A stretch of DNA of 64,000 bases from a virus (lineage: Duplodnaviria; Caudoviricetes): positions 11,795-75,794 of IMG/VR virus record IMGVR_UViG_3300044730_002040; one strand, written 5' to 3'. The notes under the pieces were generated by a model that was given only the letters and a program-made list of their open reading frames with translations, was not told where the DNA came from and did no database searches. Position 1 is the first letter of the stretch, and each line of letters begins with the position of its first letter. Below are positions 1-9,592 of this stretch, piece by piece. The position numbers and the translations under genes were made by a program.

Positions 1-8
1 TATTTATA
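1..8 (+). promoter_or_regulatory. candidate late promoter TATTTATA
   Basis: recurrent intergenic motif, 22 nt before the SOD ATG. Confidence 0.55.
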
Positions 9-30
9 TAACAAACGCCTTTCATTAGAT

Positions 31-1563
31 ATGAAGAAAATAGAACAACAAATTCAAAATCTTGAGTATCAGATTTTGGAGAACAAAGTGAACGAAGAAA
101 AAAATTTACTTCTCACTGAAATGAAAAAAATTGGAATAGAAAAATTACCTTATTCTTACTCAGCACTAAAAACGTTCATTGACCCTGAAACCATGGAGTT
201 TCATTATAACAAACATTATAAGGGTTATGTAGATAAATTGAACGACGCATTAGCAAAGAAAAATTATGGTGATTTGGAACTTGAAAAAATTATTAAAAAC
301 ATTTCAAGATACGATAAAACAATCAGAAACAACGCAGGTGGAGCTTTCAACCACGCACTTTTTTGGAACATGCTCACACCCAAACCAAAAAAACTAACTG
401 GAGACCTTTATAAAAAAATTACAAAAGAATATGGGACTTTTACAAATTTCAAAAAGAAGTTTGAGACAATAGCTAAAGATAGATTTGGTTCAGGTTGGGT
501 ATGGTTAATTATAACAAAGAACGGGAGTTTGAAAATTATGTCAACCCCTAATCAAGACAATCCACTTATGAATGTGGTTGAAGGTGGTGGTTTTCCTCTG
601 TTAGGATTAGATTTATGGGAACACGCTTACTATCTCAAATACAGAAACAAAAGAGATGAATATATCACAAACTTTTGGAAAGTAGTCAACTGGGATTTTG
701 TATCAAAACTTTTTGATATGAAAACCAAAACAAAACTAATTGAATCTAAATTAAATAAGGAACTATTGATTGAAAATACTGATTCATCATACATTCAGGC
801 GTGTACTTTGGAAGATGATAAATTCTTTCAACAACTTTTAAAAACTGACGAAATTAGTAAAATTTACGGTGGGGGGATTTATACCGCACTAAAAAAAGTA
901 CCTTGGTTAGAATACAGACCCAAAGACCTTGAAATCAACAGAATGCAAGGGTTTTACAAAGATGGTCAAAGACACGATATAAGTTATTTAGCAGGTAATC
1001 ATAGAGCCTTTTGTATGATTACAAAAAGTGTAAACGCGATACTAAAAAAAGTCGGAAGACCAAAGATTATATTAAAGGGAAAAACATTACCTGAACAAAT
1101 TGTAGGTGTAAGAAAACTAGTACATATTTTGATTGAAGCTGCGGAAAAAATATTCAACGAAGAATCTGCATTTTACAAAGCAATCATGTCAAACTTAGGC
1201 GAAAGTAGAATTAAAGGAGAGAAAGTAGAAACTTGGTCTAGTAAAAGATTGAAAAAAGAATTTGGATTAGAAAACGTAAAAATTAAAAGTGAGTTCGGTG
1301 CACAATCAGATTCAGAAGGACTTGATGGTGAAATTACAATTGATGGAAATGTGATGACCGCGCAAATAAAACCATTCTCAACTTATTTTACCGAAGAAGG
1401 AAAAGTTGTGGTTCTTACTCCAAGCAGTGTAAAAAAATACAATGTAGACTTTATGATTTTCAGTAATTCTTTCGAAACGATTGTTTTCAAAAATCAAAAT
1501 GTTGAATTGGGTATCAACGCATACAAGTTCCCTCCCGATGATTTGATTTATACACTAAGATGA
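31..1563 (+). CDS. sodA: Mn/Fe superoxide dismutase fused to a C-terminal PD-(D/E)XK-like domain
   Basis: SOD motifs LPYSYSAL, HYNKH, NNAGGAFNHALFW, FGSGWVWL, NQDNP, DLWEHAYY (GG and NQD suggest Mn type). Extra ~270-aa C-terminus contains GxxxE...DxxGxD...QIK. Confidence 0.9.
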   Translation: MKKIEQQIQNLEYQILENKVNEEKNLLLTEMKKIGIEKLPYSYSALKTFIDPETMEFHYNKHYKGYVDKLNDALAKKNYGDLELEKIIKNISRYDKTIRNNAGGAFNHALFWNMLTPKPKKLTGDLYKKITKEYGTFTNFKKKFETIAKDRFGSGWVWLIITKNGSLKIMSTPNQDNPLMNVVEGGGFPLLGLDLWEHAYYLKYRNKRDEYITNFWKVVNWDFVSKLFDMKTKTKLIESKLNKELLIENTDSSYIQACTLEDDKFFQQLLKTDEISKIYGGGIYTALKKVPWLEYRPKDLEINRMQGFYKDGQRHDISYLAGNHRAFCMITKSVNAILKKVGRPKIILKGKTLPEQIVGVRKLVHILIEAAEKIFNEESAFYKAIMSNLGESRIKGEKVETWSSKRLKKEFGLENVKIKSEFGAQSDSEGLDGEITIDGNVMTAQIKPFSTYFTEEGKVVVLTPSSVKKYNVDFMIFSNSFETIVFKNQNVELGINAYKFPPDDLIYTLR

Positions 1564-1571
1564 TATTTATA
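1564..1571 (+). promoter_or_regulatory. candidate late promoter TATTTATA
   Basis: between two + genes, before the neck gene. Confidence 0.65.
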
Positions 1572-1585
1572 TGTAAATCATTCTA

Positions 1586-2713
1586 ATGGCCGTTATTCCA
1601 GAACCAGAAAGAAGTAGAATTTATAATCGACTAAGAAATCAATTGGGTGCACCCCTAAGAAGTGTAGAACTAACAGATGAGATGTTAGACTCATTGATGG
1701 AATTGTCAATCGGAGACTATGAGGAATACGTCCTACAGTGGCTCATTGATTCTCAATGGGTAAATCTCGTTAACTTGAACATGAATGAAAAATCTGTTGC
1801 AAGAGCCCTTGTTACAAGAACAATGGATTTTGAACAACAATTTTCTTACGCATATTCCAAAATTGTTGGTTTACAGACCGTGGGTCCTTGGGTTTTAAAG
1901 AAAGATTATTTTATACTGAGTGCCAACACTCAAAACTACGAAATTCCAGCAGGCAGAGAGGTCAACGAATTATTGTGGTTTTCCAACCAACCATGGACAG
2001 CGTTCGGATTGGGCGGTGTTGGTGGATTTGGATTTGGTGGTATTGGTTTAGGTGCAAACGAAGCCGGTTATGCTCAAATGGGATATCAAGGTTCATACTT
2101 TATGATGTCAGGTTTTGACTATCTCATAAGAATGCAAGAAGCGAATATCTTAAACAGAATCTTAGGTGGTTCATTAACTTATAGAATAACAGGTTTACCC
2201 GATGGGAAGAAAAATGTATTTCTTTATAACACTCCAGGTGGAAGATTCAATTGGAGTAACTATAGCCTGTATGTTGGAAAGGCTGTTTGGTACTGGTATT
2301 ATGATGTAGGACCCGATGACAGAAATGACTGTTTGAAAGCCAACCCCGACATAATAAAACTTCCAACTGACGTCCCAATTGAATCTCTTTCTTGGGAGGA
2401 CTTGAACGTTCCGGGTCAACAATGGGTAAGAAGATGGTTTACCGCATACGCCAAAGAAACTTTATCAAGAGTAAGAGGTAAGTTTTCAGGAAATCTGAAA
2501 ACACCAGACTCAGAAATAACCATGGATTATCAAAGTTTGGCAACCGAGTCTAAAGATGAAAAAAGTAAACTAATAGAAGAACTTACGGGAGCTGAAGGTT
2601 GGTTGACAAGATTGAGACCTGAAAAGGTTATGGAAAGAGAAGCTTTAATTGCGGAAAACCTAAACAAACAAATGAAATTTAGAGCGTTTCCAAGACAAAT
2701 TTATGTAATTTAA
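1586..2713 (+). CDS. T4 gp13-like neck protein
   Basis: N-terminal RNQLGAPLRSVELTDEMLD and C-terminal WVRRWFTAYAKETLSRVRGKF resemble gp13-family neck proteins; preceded by the TATTTATA motif. Confidence 0.7.
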   Translation: MAVIPEPERSRIYNRLRNQLGAPLRSVELTDEMLDSLMELSIGDYEEYVLQWLIDSQWVNLVNLNMNEKSVARALVTRTMDFEQQFSYAYSKIVGLQTVGPWVLKKDYFILSANTQNYEIPAGREVNELLWFSNQPWTAFGLGGVGGFGFGGIGLGANEAGYAQMGYQGSYFMMSGFDYLIRMQEANILNRILGGSLTYRITGLPDGKKNVFLYNTPGGRFNWSNYSLYVGKAVWYWYYDVGPDDRNDCLKANPDIIKLPTDVPIESLSWEDLNVPGQQWVRRWFTAYAKETLSRVRGKFSGNLKTPDSEITMDYQSLATESKDEKSKLIEELTGAEGWLTRLRPEKVMEREALIAENLNKQMKFRAFPRQIYVI

Positions 2714-3048
2714 TGGCAATTGTTAAATCCATACCATCAACAAGAATTATTAACGGTCTCAGAATTGAAACTTCCGAGGTCGCTTTGGTTTCAGAAGCTA
2801 GTTACACAGTTCAAGGAGAGGCTTGTATTGTTGTAAGAGGTGTTCCTGATGCAGTCCTAACATTAAACTCTCGTAAAAGTGACCACGTAGTAGTTAAATC
2901 AATGACAAAACTTTTGGTAGTTCCTGATGTAGGTTTGATTGATGAAGAATACGATGAAGTTGAGTTGGACAAACTTGCTTGTGTCGAATTCAGATTTGTT
3001 AGAAATAATTGGTATATATTATCTTCAGACGGATTGAAACAATCCTAA
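2713..3048 (+). CDS. hypothetical protein, probably virion-associated (beta-rich)
   Basis: 111-aa ORF translationally coupled (TAATG) to the neck gene; 3' end overlaps the polymerase gene convergently. Confidence 0.6.
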   Translation: MAIVKSIPSTRIINGLRIETSEVALVSEASYTVQGEACIVVRGVPDAVLTLNSRKSDHVVVKSMTKLLVVPDVGLIDEEYDEVELDKLACVEFRFVRNNWYILSSDGLKQS

Positions 3049-5823
3049 CTTTGTTTCCCAATCCTCCTCAGCTAATTCGTACATATAGTTTGGTTCTAAA
3101 CCTCTTTTTTTCCAATATTCCAATTCTTGTTCTGTAATATCCAAAACATCTTCTTGTAACTTGTCTTGGTCTCCCTCTTCGAAAGGCATTCCATTTATAA
3201 GTTCACACTGAGAAGTTGTGAAAATACCTCTCTCCGCTGGGTCTGTTACAAGTAAACCATCTCGAACCTCTTGTTGAAACACAACCAACAAAGGTTCAAT
3301 TCTTTTGTTGAATGTTACAATTGCTCGTGGCACATTGTATTCTCCTGTTGTATCAGGATTGTTTTCTAAAATATTAGCATCCAACATGTAACAGTTAACA
3401 ATTACACCATCAGTAATTTGTGGTGCATTTGGGTTTTGCAACTTATTAAGGTCGTTAGTATCTTTGATTTGCTTAGCAGTCATTTTCTGCACGTCACCTT
3501 GAGAAGCTTTCTTACCATTGTTTACGTACATTATAACATCACCCAAGTTAACATTCAAATTCTGTTGAATTGCAAGTTCCATATGTGCCATTCTTGACAT
3601 AGAATTTCCTGCCTTGGTCTTTTGTGTTAATCTTTTCTTGTAGTCATCCAACGTGAGTTTTACTTTAGCTCTCTGAGCAATCTTTGATAATGGAATTCTT
3701 TGGTCAAAAATCTTTTGTAGGTATTCATAATAGTATTCAATGAATTCTTTACCCCTACCCTCCAAAAGATATTTTATTCCTTTATCAAGGAATTCTTCAA
3801 TATATAAAGGAAGTTTTTTTGATTTGATAGAATTGCCAGTCAACTTTATCTTTCCCTTCGCATCCATAACTGCGTAATTTTTTCTGGCAAGATTTATACA
3901 TGAAGGCCAAACACCATCAGTATCTAAAGCCATCTCACCTCTCATGAAAATATCATTGTATTCTGCTACGTCAGCATCAGGACCGGTGTATTCTTTACCA
4001 ACCTTAACTTTCCAGTTCAGTCCTCTACCTACATACCTATGAATATCCACATCATCAGGACTCGAAAAGTTTACCCCGTCAGTATCCATAACAAGTGGTG
4101 TGTATCCTTTACTCATAAAGAATTTAATCATCTGACGAAGGTATTGTCGACCTGTACAAGTGATTTGTTCTCCCATGTACATGTCACCCCAAGCGAATAC
4201 CTGAGGGGCAGAAAGAGCCCCGAACATAGAGTTAATGAATATCTTGATTGGTAATTGTTTGTTAGAGTAGGACGCGGATTTCTGTGGGTCAGTTTTTTCA
4301 AACTCTTCAGCGAGTTGTTTATATCTAATACGAGTATCACGAAAGTACTTCAACATACCCTTCATTGCACCTGTAACATCACACTCGGGAAATACATCGT
4401 GTACAAGCTGAATAGAGGGGTATAGAGACGAGAAGTCTAACTTGAGTACATTCTTACTATACCCAACCTTAAGTAGTCGGGAAAGACCTCCTACGAAGTC
4501 TGTTTTACTTTGTTTCTGTGGTATCGCAAGTCCGTGCTTGTAAGACCAGGCAAGCATCAACATTTTCCATAGGGTTGCGGTACCCATTGTTGAAACTCTC
4601 TCATAAGTTGTTGGAATCATTGATGCAAGTAAGAATGACGCTTGATTAAACTCTTTATCAACAGCCAAGGTCTCTTCCAAGTCATCATCCAAATATCTTT
4701 CTACAAGATTGTCACCCGTAGTTTTGATGTATATATCTTCTCTTCTTCTGCAAACATTATCGATTTCGGGGTCAATTCCTACCTTTTTATATTTTCCATT
4801 TTGTATGTTTAACCAAAATTCTTCTTTTTCAGCGTAGAACTTTCCGATGTCTGTGTGTTCTATGTAAACACGGTCAGGGGCTTCTTTGTTGATAAATTTG
4901 GTGATGTATTTAAGACCCGCAGCCTTGATGTTCGAATTGATAGCTTGAGCTCTTCTGACCGCGTGAATAATATCAATTACGTTATATCCCCAAATGGAAG
5001 TCTGTAAGTAATCCTCAACCTCGTTTGCAAGTTTGAGAATTGATTCTTTTCTTGTATAAGAATGTTGAGGGTGTAAAGATTTGATTGATTTTCTCATGTC
5101 AATACCAAGACGTTGACCCCTTTCGAATATCCAATGCCAGTCGAAGTTTGCTGAATTATATCCACCTATGATGGAAGGCTTTATTTGGTCAATGATATTG
5201 AAGAACTCAATGATTGCACCCTTTTCTTGGGATTCATCGAGACACTCAATTACTTTATGGTAACCTTTATTGGTTTTTATTCCAATCATGAAAATACGAC
5301 CATCTTTAGGGTCAAGAGCATTGGTCTCTAAGTCGAATACAAGTCTTGTAACTTGGTCGTAGTCATCAAAACCTTTGAACAATCTTTTTTCTTTTGCTAT
5401 TAGATATTGCTCAACAGGAGGGAGAACCATTATTTTATCTTTCGCTTTCTCACCCCACGGGTCCAAGTTTCCATCACGAAAAAATTGAATTAATTCTCTA
5501 TATCCTTTAAGAGACTTCACCATGAATGTAAGACCCTTTTCAAGTCTTTCATCTCCTTTGGTTTCGAGTTTGTCGATGACTATTCCGTATTTGGTCATGG
5601 CTTCTTTTTGTGCCATTTTGGAATCATTGTAAAAACCAAGACCTCTTAGGTCACCAACCCACGCGAATGGAATAAACTGGTCTTTTCTAATGTCTTTACC
5701 TTTACCTGGTATTTCTTTGACTTTGTAGATTGAGTTAGAAACGTAGTCAAACTCTATTGCGACTATAAATTCTTCAGGGTCGTTCCCTTGAAGAAACTCT
5801 TCAATTTCTTTATTCGAAATCAT
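3025..5823 (-). CDS. family B DNA polymerase with 3'-5' exonuclease
   Basis: Exo motifs FDLETN, GYNSANFD, YLDDD; polymerase motifs DFSSLYPS, KIFINSMFG, DTDG. Start moved to ATG 5823 (A-rich context). Confidence 0.95.
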   Translation of the reverse strand: MISNKEIEEFLQGNDPEEFIVAIEFDYVSNSIYKVKEIPGKGKDIRKDQFIPFAWVGDLRGLGFYNDSKMAQKEAMTKYGIVIDKLETKGDERLEKGLTFMVKSLKGYRELIQFFRDGNLDPWGEKAKDKIMVLPPVEQYLIAKEKRLFKGFDDYDQVTRLVFDLETNALDPKDGRIFMIGIKTNKGYHKVIECLDESQEKGAIIEFFNIIDQIKPSIIGGYNSANFDWHWIFERGQRLGIDMRKSIKSLHPQHSYTRKESILKLANEVEDYLQTSIWGYNVIDIIHAVRRAQAINSNIKAAGLKYITKFINKEAPDRVYIEHTDIGKFYAEKEEFWLNIQNGKYKKVGIDPEIDNVCRRREDIYIKTTGDNLVERYLDDDLEETLAVDKEFNQASFLLASMIPTTYERVSTMGTATLWKMLMLAWSYKHGLAIPQKQSKTDFVGGLSRLLKVGYSKNVLKLDFSSLYPSIQLVHDVFPECDVTGAMKGMLKYFRDTRIRYKQLAEEFEKTDPQKSASYSNKQLPIKIFINSMFGALSAPQVFAWGDMYMGEQITCTGRQYLRQMIKFFMSKGYTPLVMDTDGVNFSSPDDVDIHRYVGRGLNWKVKVGKEYTGPDADVAEYNDIFMRGEMALDTDGVWPSCINLARKNYAVMDAKGKIKLTGNSIKSKKLPLYIEEFLDKGIKYLLEGRGKEFIEYYYEYLQKIFDQRIPLSKIAQRAKVKLTLDDYKKRLTQKTKAGNSMSRMAHMELAIQQNLNVNLGDVIMYVNNGKKASQGDVQKMTAKQIKDTNDLNKLQNPNAPQITDGVIVNCYMLDANILENNPDTTGEYNVPRAIVTFNKRIEPLLVVFQQEVRDGLLVTDPAERGIFTTSQCELINGMPFEEGDQDKLQEDVLDITEQELEYWKKRGLEPNYMYELAEEDWETKLGLFQSV

Positions 5824-5884
5824 AAAATTTACGAGTGGTTTATTGGCTTTCACACTATCGTGAAGTTTACCTTACTCATTACCC

Positions 5885-5891
5885 ATAAATA
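5885..5891 (-). promoter_or_regulatory. candidate promoter TATTTAT (overlaps TTGATA-N16-TATATT)
   Basis: upstream of the structured DNA polymerase leader. Confidence 0.45.
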
Positions 5892-5917
5892 TAAAAAAAA
5901 ATTCCCTTATATCAAAT

Positions 5918-6298
5918 TTAACAACAAGGGGACTCTGCAATGAAGCTGTCTTCGATATTAATGTAAAGTTGTTCTCTAAGAGGTAAAATGAGATTACCTT
6001 CTTCATTCTTAATTAAAAATTGGCCTTGATACCTACCCGGTGTGTCTGTATCCATTGAAGTAAATTGGAAATAAATATAATATTCTACACCCGCACCTGG
6101 TTCAGGTAATATCAATGAAGTAATATAACAAGGAGCAGACACGATTTTTGGAACCCCCGTATAATAATCTATCATTGTAAAATAGATGGTGGAAAATGGG
6201 AGAGATTCCATGAACTCCAAATAACTTGACCTACCATCTTGAACTACTTGCATTTTCAACAGAGGAAGGGTGGCATTCTTTGCGATATAAAATTCCAT
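5918..6298 (-). CDS. small Ig-like (BppU N-terminal-like) virion protein
   Basis: FYIAKNATLP...YFQFTSMDTDTPGRYQGQF pattern; late motif immediately upstream. Confidence 0.45.
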   Translation of the reverse strand: MEFYIAKNATLPLLKMQVVQDGRSSYLEFMESLPFSTIYFTMIDYYTGVPKIVSAPCYITSLILPEPGAGVEYYIYFQFTSMDTDTPGRYQGQFLIKNEEGNLILPLREQLYINIEDSFIAESPCC

Positions 6299-6302
6299 AA
6301 CA

Positions 6303-6309
6303 ATAAATA
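6303..6309 (-). promoter_or_regulatory. candidate late promoter TATTTAT
   Basis: 4 nt upstream of the 6298 start. Confidence 0.5.
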
Positions 6310-6314
6310 TATTG

Positions 6315-7994
6315 TTATGACTCTTTACGAAGTTCTCTATTATAATGTTCGAACCTGTTATGTTCCGTGGGTGTCATCAACAAGATACCAGGTTTTAATT
6401 GACCTTTTTTGGTGAGTTGATACATGTGACTCATCCACGTTTGTTCAAAAGGATGTGCCCATGTAGTTTCTAAAAACATTTTTTGATTTCCTGTTTTTGA
6501 AACAATTTGAGGCCAATTACAGTAGTAAATCTCACCTGTGGCATAAGGAACTCCCTTATGTGATAAAATTGAATCAAACTCAAGTTTTGGTGCATTTGGG
6601 TCCAATCCCATTTGTGGAAGTCTTGGTTTACCAGGCCAAAACTCCTCTCTCACATTTTGAGGAACATTGTACCATGACCATTGAACACTATTGTCACCAA
6701 AAAATTCAGTGTAATTTAATTTTAAAAAATCAAAATTTTCTTTTTTAGCAATTTCTAAAGATTTTGTGTATAAGTTGTCCACTTTTCTATTGAAACCGTT
6801 TCTACAAACTTCTCCATCTTTACAATAAAAAAACATGTCATCTTCGAAGAACAAATAATAATGTAAATCAGTTTTGTCGAAGTGCTCCGCAATGAACTGT
6901 CTTCCACCACAAATTCCTAAATTACCTTCATCAGGTATAATGTGTTCAAAATCATATTTTTCACAAAGATATTTGTATGCTTCATATGTTGAATTATCTG
7001 TAGAATTATTCAGAAGGAATTTTTTCGTCTTGTTAAGATAATCTTTATCGTATTCCAAAAACGAATTTATCAAAGTTTCGAATTGTTTCGGACTATTAAA
7101 TGTGATTACATACAACCCAACTTTGTTGATATCAAGATTATTTTTCGATACAACACTTGTTTCATTCTTAACTTCCAAAACATCATTTTTCAAATCTTCA
7201 AAAAACTTACCAATAAGTCCGTTATATTCAATTTTGAAATAATTTATTAAATCAGAGTGTTTGTAACACATGATACTGAAAATCGATTCTTCAGTTCCCA
7301 TGTAACCTTCTTCAAGAGTAGATTTCAACAATCCATAATAGATAGAGTTTATTGAAGGTATTGTTGATTTTGGTCCACCAAAGAACCCTCCTCTTGCAAC
7401 TTTATTTACTTTGGCACCCGCAAGTTCATTTAACTTATTGTATTCAAATCCATGAATTTCTCTTTCTGCATCATAAGGAAAACAAATAAATGAAAACTTG
7501 GAAATGTATTTGGTTAGTTTATCTAATACTTTGTCATGAGTAAAATAACCAGGATGAACAGTATTTGTTAATCCACCATCAATCCAAAACATGTATTCAG
7601 AATCAAACTTATCCATTATTTTTGCGTCATGTAAAAGAAACACTTTGGACATAACAAGGGGGTTATAATTCTCCAATCTTGCTTGTGTTGAATCTTTCAA
7701 CCAGCCCGACAGGTTTTTCCAATCTTCTCTATTTCTTATTTGTTGAATTAACGGATAAAACTCATTGTCAATGAACCAAGAAAGAGGTCGTTCTATGAAT
7801 TGTGTATTTTTTTCACTTCTTCTTTGGAAAACGAATTCCCTCAAAGACGATTCGCCAAATACGATAAGATTTTCCTCCACCTTCAACAACGATTCAAATT
7901 TATCCAAATAATGTTGAAAAGGTCTTGCCCAACCCTCAGAGAGAGATGACCTTCCTATGTCCCATATTCCTGTTACAAGAGTTATATTATTCAT
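6315..7994 (-). CDS. two-domain glycosyltransferase (HtrL/YibB-like plus GT-A/GT2-like)
   Basis: TLVTGIWDIGR, FWIDGG, GGFFGG, GTEESI in the N-half; YVITFN and FFEDD in the C-half. Confidence 0.7.
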   Translation of the reverse strand: MNNITLVTGIWDIGRSSLSEGWARPFQHYLDKFESLLKVEENLIVFGESSLREFVFQRRSEKNTQFIERPLSWFIDNEFYPLIQQIRNREDWKNLSGWLKDSTQARLENYNPLVMSKVFLLHDAKIMDKFDSEYMFWIDGGLTNTVHPGYFTHDKVLDKLTKYISKFSFICFPYDAEREIHGFEYNKLNELAGAKVNKVARGGFFGGPKSTIPSINSIYYGLLKSTLEEGYMGTEESIFSIMCYKHSDLINYFKIEYNGLIGKFFEDLKNDVLEVKNETSVVSKNNLDINKVGLYVITFNSPKQFETLINSFLEYDKDYLNKTKKFLLNNSTDNSTYEAYKYLCEKYDFEHIIPDEGNLGICGGRQFIAEHFDKTDLHYYLFFEDDMFFYCKDGEVCRNGFNRKVDNLYTKSLEIAKKENFDFLKLNYTEFFGDNSVQWSWYNVPQNVREEFWPGKPRLPQMGLDPNAPKLEFDSILSHKGVPYATGEIYYCNWPQIVSKTGNQKMFLETTWAHPFEQTWMSHMYQLTKKGQLKPGILLMTPTEHNRFEHYNRELRKES

Positions 7995-8868
7995 AAATTC
8001 TATTAAATTCTTCTAATATTCTGAAAAAACTTTTATTTAATGTAAAGAAAGTTTCATCCACTCCACTTGGCGCATTGTCCCTACACCACCAAATATCGAA
8101 ATGTTTTCTATAAAACAACTCTTGGTGGTTGAAAAACATGAGACTCATGATGTTTTCTTCGTGGGGTAATTGTTTAATATCTTCGATAACTTTTTTTGCA
8201 TAATCTTCAAATAAGTTTACAACTTCATCCCACTTACTTTTGTGTCCCCCAAAAAGACCACCAATGATGTGAATGCTCCTATCATAGTTTTTATACCATT
8301 TTGGGTCTAAGGTTCCTGACCAATAGTTTCTTTCATTCTCTTTACCAATAAGTAAAAACTTATCACCCGTATCTTCAATCATATTTTTTAAAAAATCATT
8401 ATTGAAAAGATTGGATTCATAATACCTTCTTTCGAGCTGGTTGTTGGTCAAATATTTCAAAGGGATTAAACCACAATGAGAAAGACCTGCATCAATCCAA
8501 TAGTAGTAATCATAACTTTTATCTTCATTCCACCACCAATGAAATTTTGAATATTGAATTTCAATACATCTGTCACCCGCTTTTATTGCACCAACATCCT
8601 TATAGGATAAAATCAAATCTTTGAATTTTGTTTGAGTTAAATCAAAAACTTTAAATTCCAATTTACTTGGATTGATTTGGTGTGTTTCATAAAAAAAGGT
8701 TTTTAGATTTTCCAATTCTCTGTCTGATGTGTAACACAAAAAATCGGCTTCAGTCATTTTAAGTAGAGATAATAAACTGTATCTGTAATGACTTACTCTT
8801 TGAGGTCTTCCTCCAAACTCTGTACCATTCAAATCACTGTAGATACAAGTAATAAATTTAACTGACAT
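7987..8868 (-). CDS. HtrL/YibB-like glycosyltransferase
   Basis: YYWIDAG, IGGLFGG, HEENIM motifs; start moved to ATG 8868, overlapping the upstream stop. Confidence 0.65.
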   Translation of the reverse strand: MSVKFITCIYSDLNGTEFGGRPQRVSHYRYSLLSLLKMTEADFLCYTSDRELENLKTFFYETHQINPSKLEFKVFDLTQTKFKDLILSYKDVGAIKAGDRCIEIQYSKFHWWWNEDKSYDYYYWIDAGLSHCGLIPLKYLTNNQLERRYYESNLFNNDFLKNMIEDTGDKFLLIGKENERNYWSGTLDPKWYKNYDRSIHIIGGLFGGHKSKWDEVVNLFEDYAKKVIEDIKQLPHEENIMSLMFFNHQELFYRKHFDIWWCRDNAPSGVDETFFTLNKSFFRILEEFNRIYE

Positions 8869-9592
8869 AATAAAAATCTTTGTGAATATTATTTTCTTTA
8901 AGTTCTTTAAGGTTGACACCATTTAAAAACTCACTAGGAATTTTGAAAGGACTGTATAAATTCCAGTTGTAAGTTTGAGTGTAAAAGTTATTATATTGTC
9001 CTTGAGAAACATCCGACCAACTACTAATTTGCGGTGCTAATGGTAGGATTGGAGAATAACTCTGTTTTCTTGGGTAGACAAATTGATAAATGAAATCATC
9101 AATCGCATAGTAACCCAAATTTTCAGGTTTCGCAATTTCCATAACTCCATCGTAAATGGAATTATGATATAACATAAAATTAGTTGCAAATATACCTCTT
9201 TCATGTTCTTTTTTCGGAGGGAGGTTTGTTATATCCAAGAACAAAGGTTGAATTGAACTTTGTAGTACTGGTCTATTCAAAGTGGGAGCAAAATTTATTA
9301 CACCGAATTCAAAATCATCAGTCTCATTTTCAATCTTATTTATTAAACTTTTTGAATAAGGTAAAAATGTACAATCATCTTCTATGACCATTACAGACTC
9401 ATAATTTCTCTCTTTTGCTAATTTCAAAATTTCAAAATGAGATAAACTACAACCTCCGTGATTGTTCAAATCAATTGCTTTGAACAATTCAAAGTCCCAA
9501 CCGATATACTCCATTTCTTTTTTGATATGTTCCAACCGGTCAGGTCTTCTTTCTAAATTTACAACAAATTTGGGTATATTTGATAGGTTCAT
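8858..9592 (-). CDS. GT25 family glycosyltransferase
   Basis: VVNLERRPDR, GCSLSH, VIEDD signature motifs. Confidence 0.85.
   Translation of the reverse strand: MNLSNIPKFVVNLERRPDRLEHIKKEMEYIGWDFELFKAIDLNNHGGCSLSHFEILKLAKERNYESVMVIEDDCTFLPYSKSLINKIENETDDFEFGVINFAPTLNRPVLQSSIQPLFLDITNLPPKKEHERGIFATNFMLYHNSIYDGVMEIAKPENLGYYAIDDFIYQFVYPRKQSYSPILPLAPQISSWSDVSQGQYNNFYTQTYNWNLYSPFKIPSEFLNGVNLKELKENNIHKDFYYVS

Noticed and set aside
4210-4250. Tyr-to-Phe change in polymerase motif B (KIFINSMFG) as a sign of altered function
   Set aside because: Conservative substitution with all catalytic acidic residues intact; not informative without an alignment.
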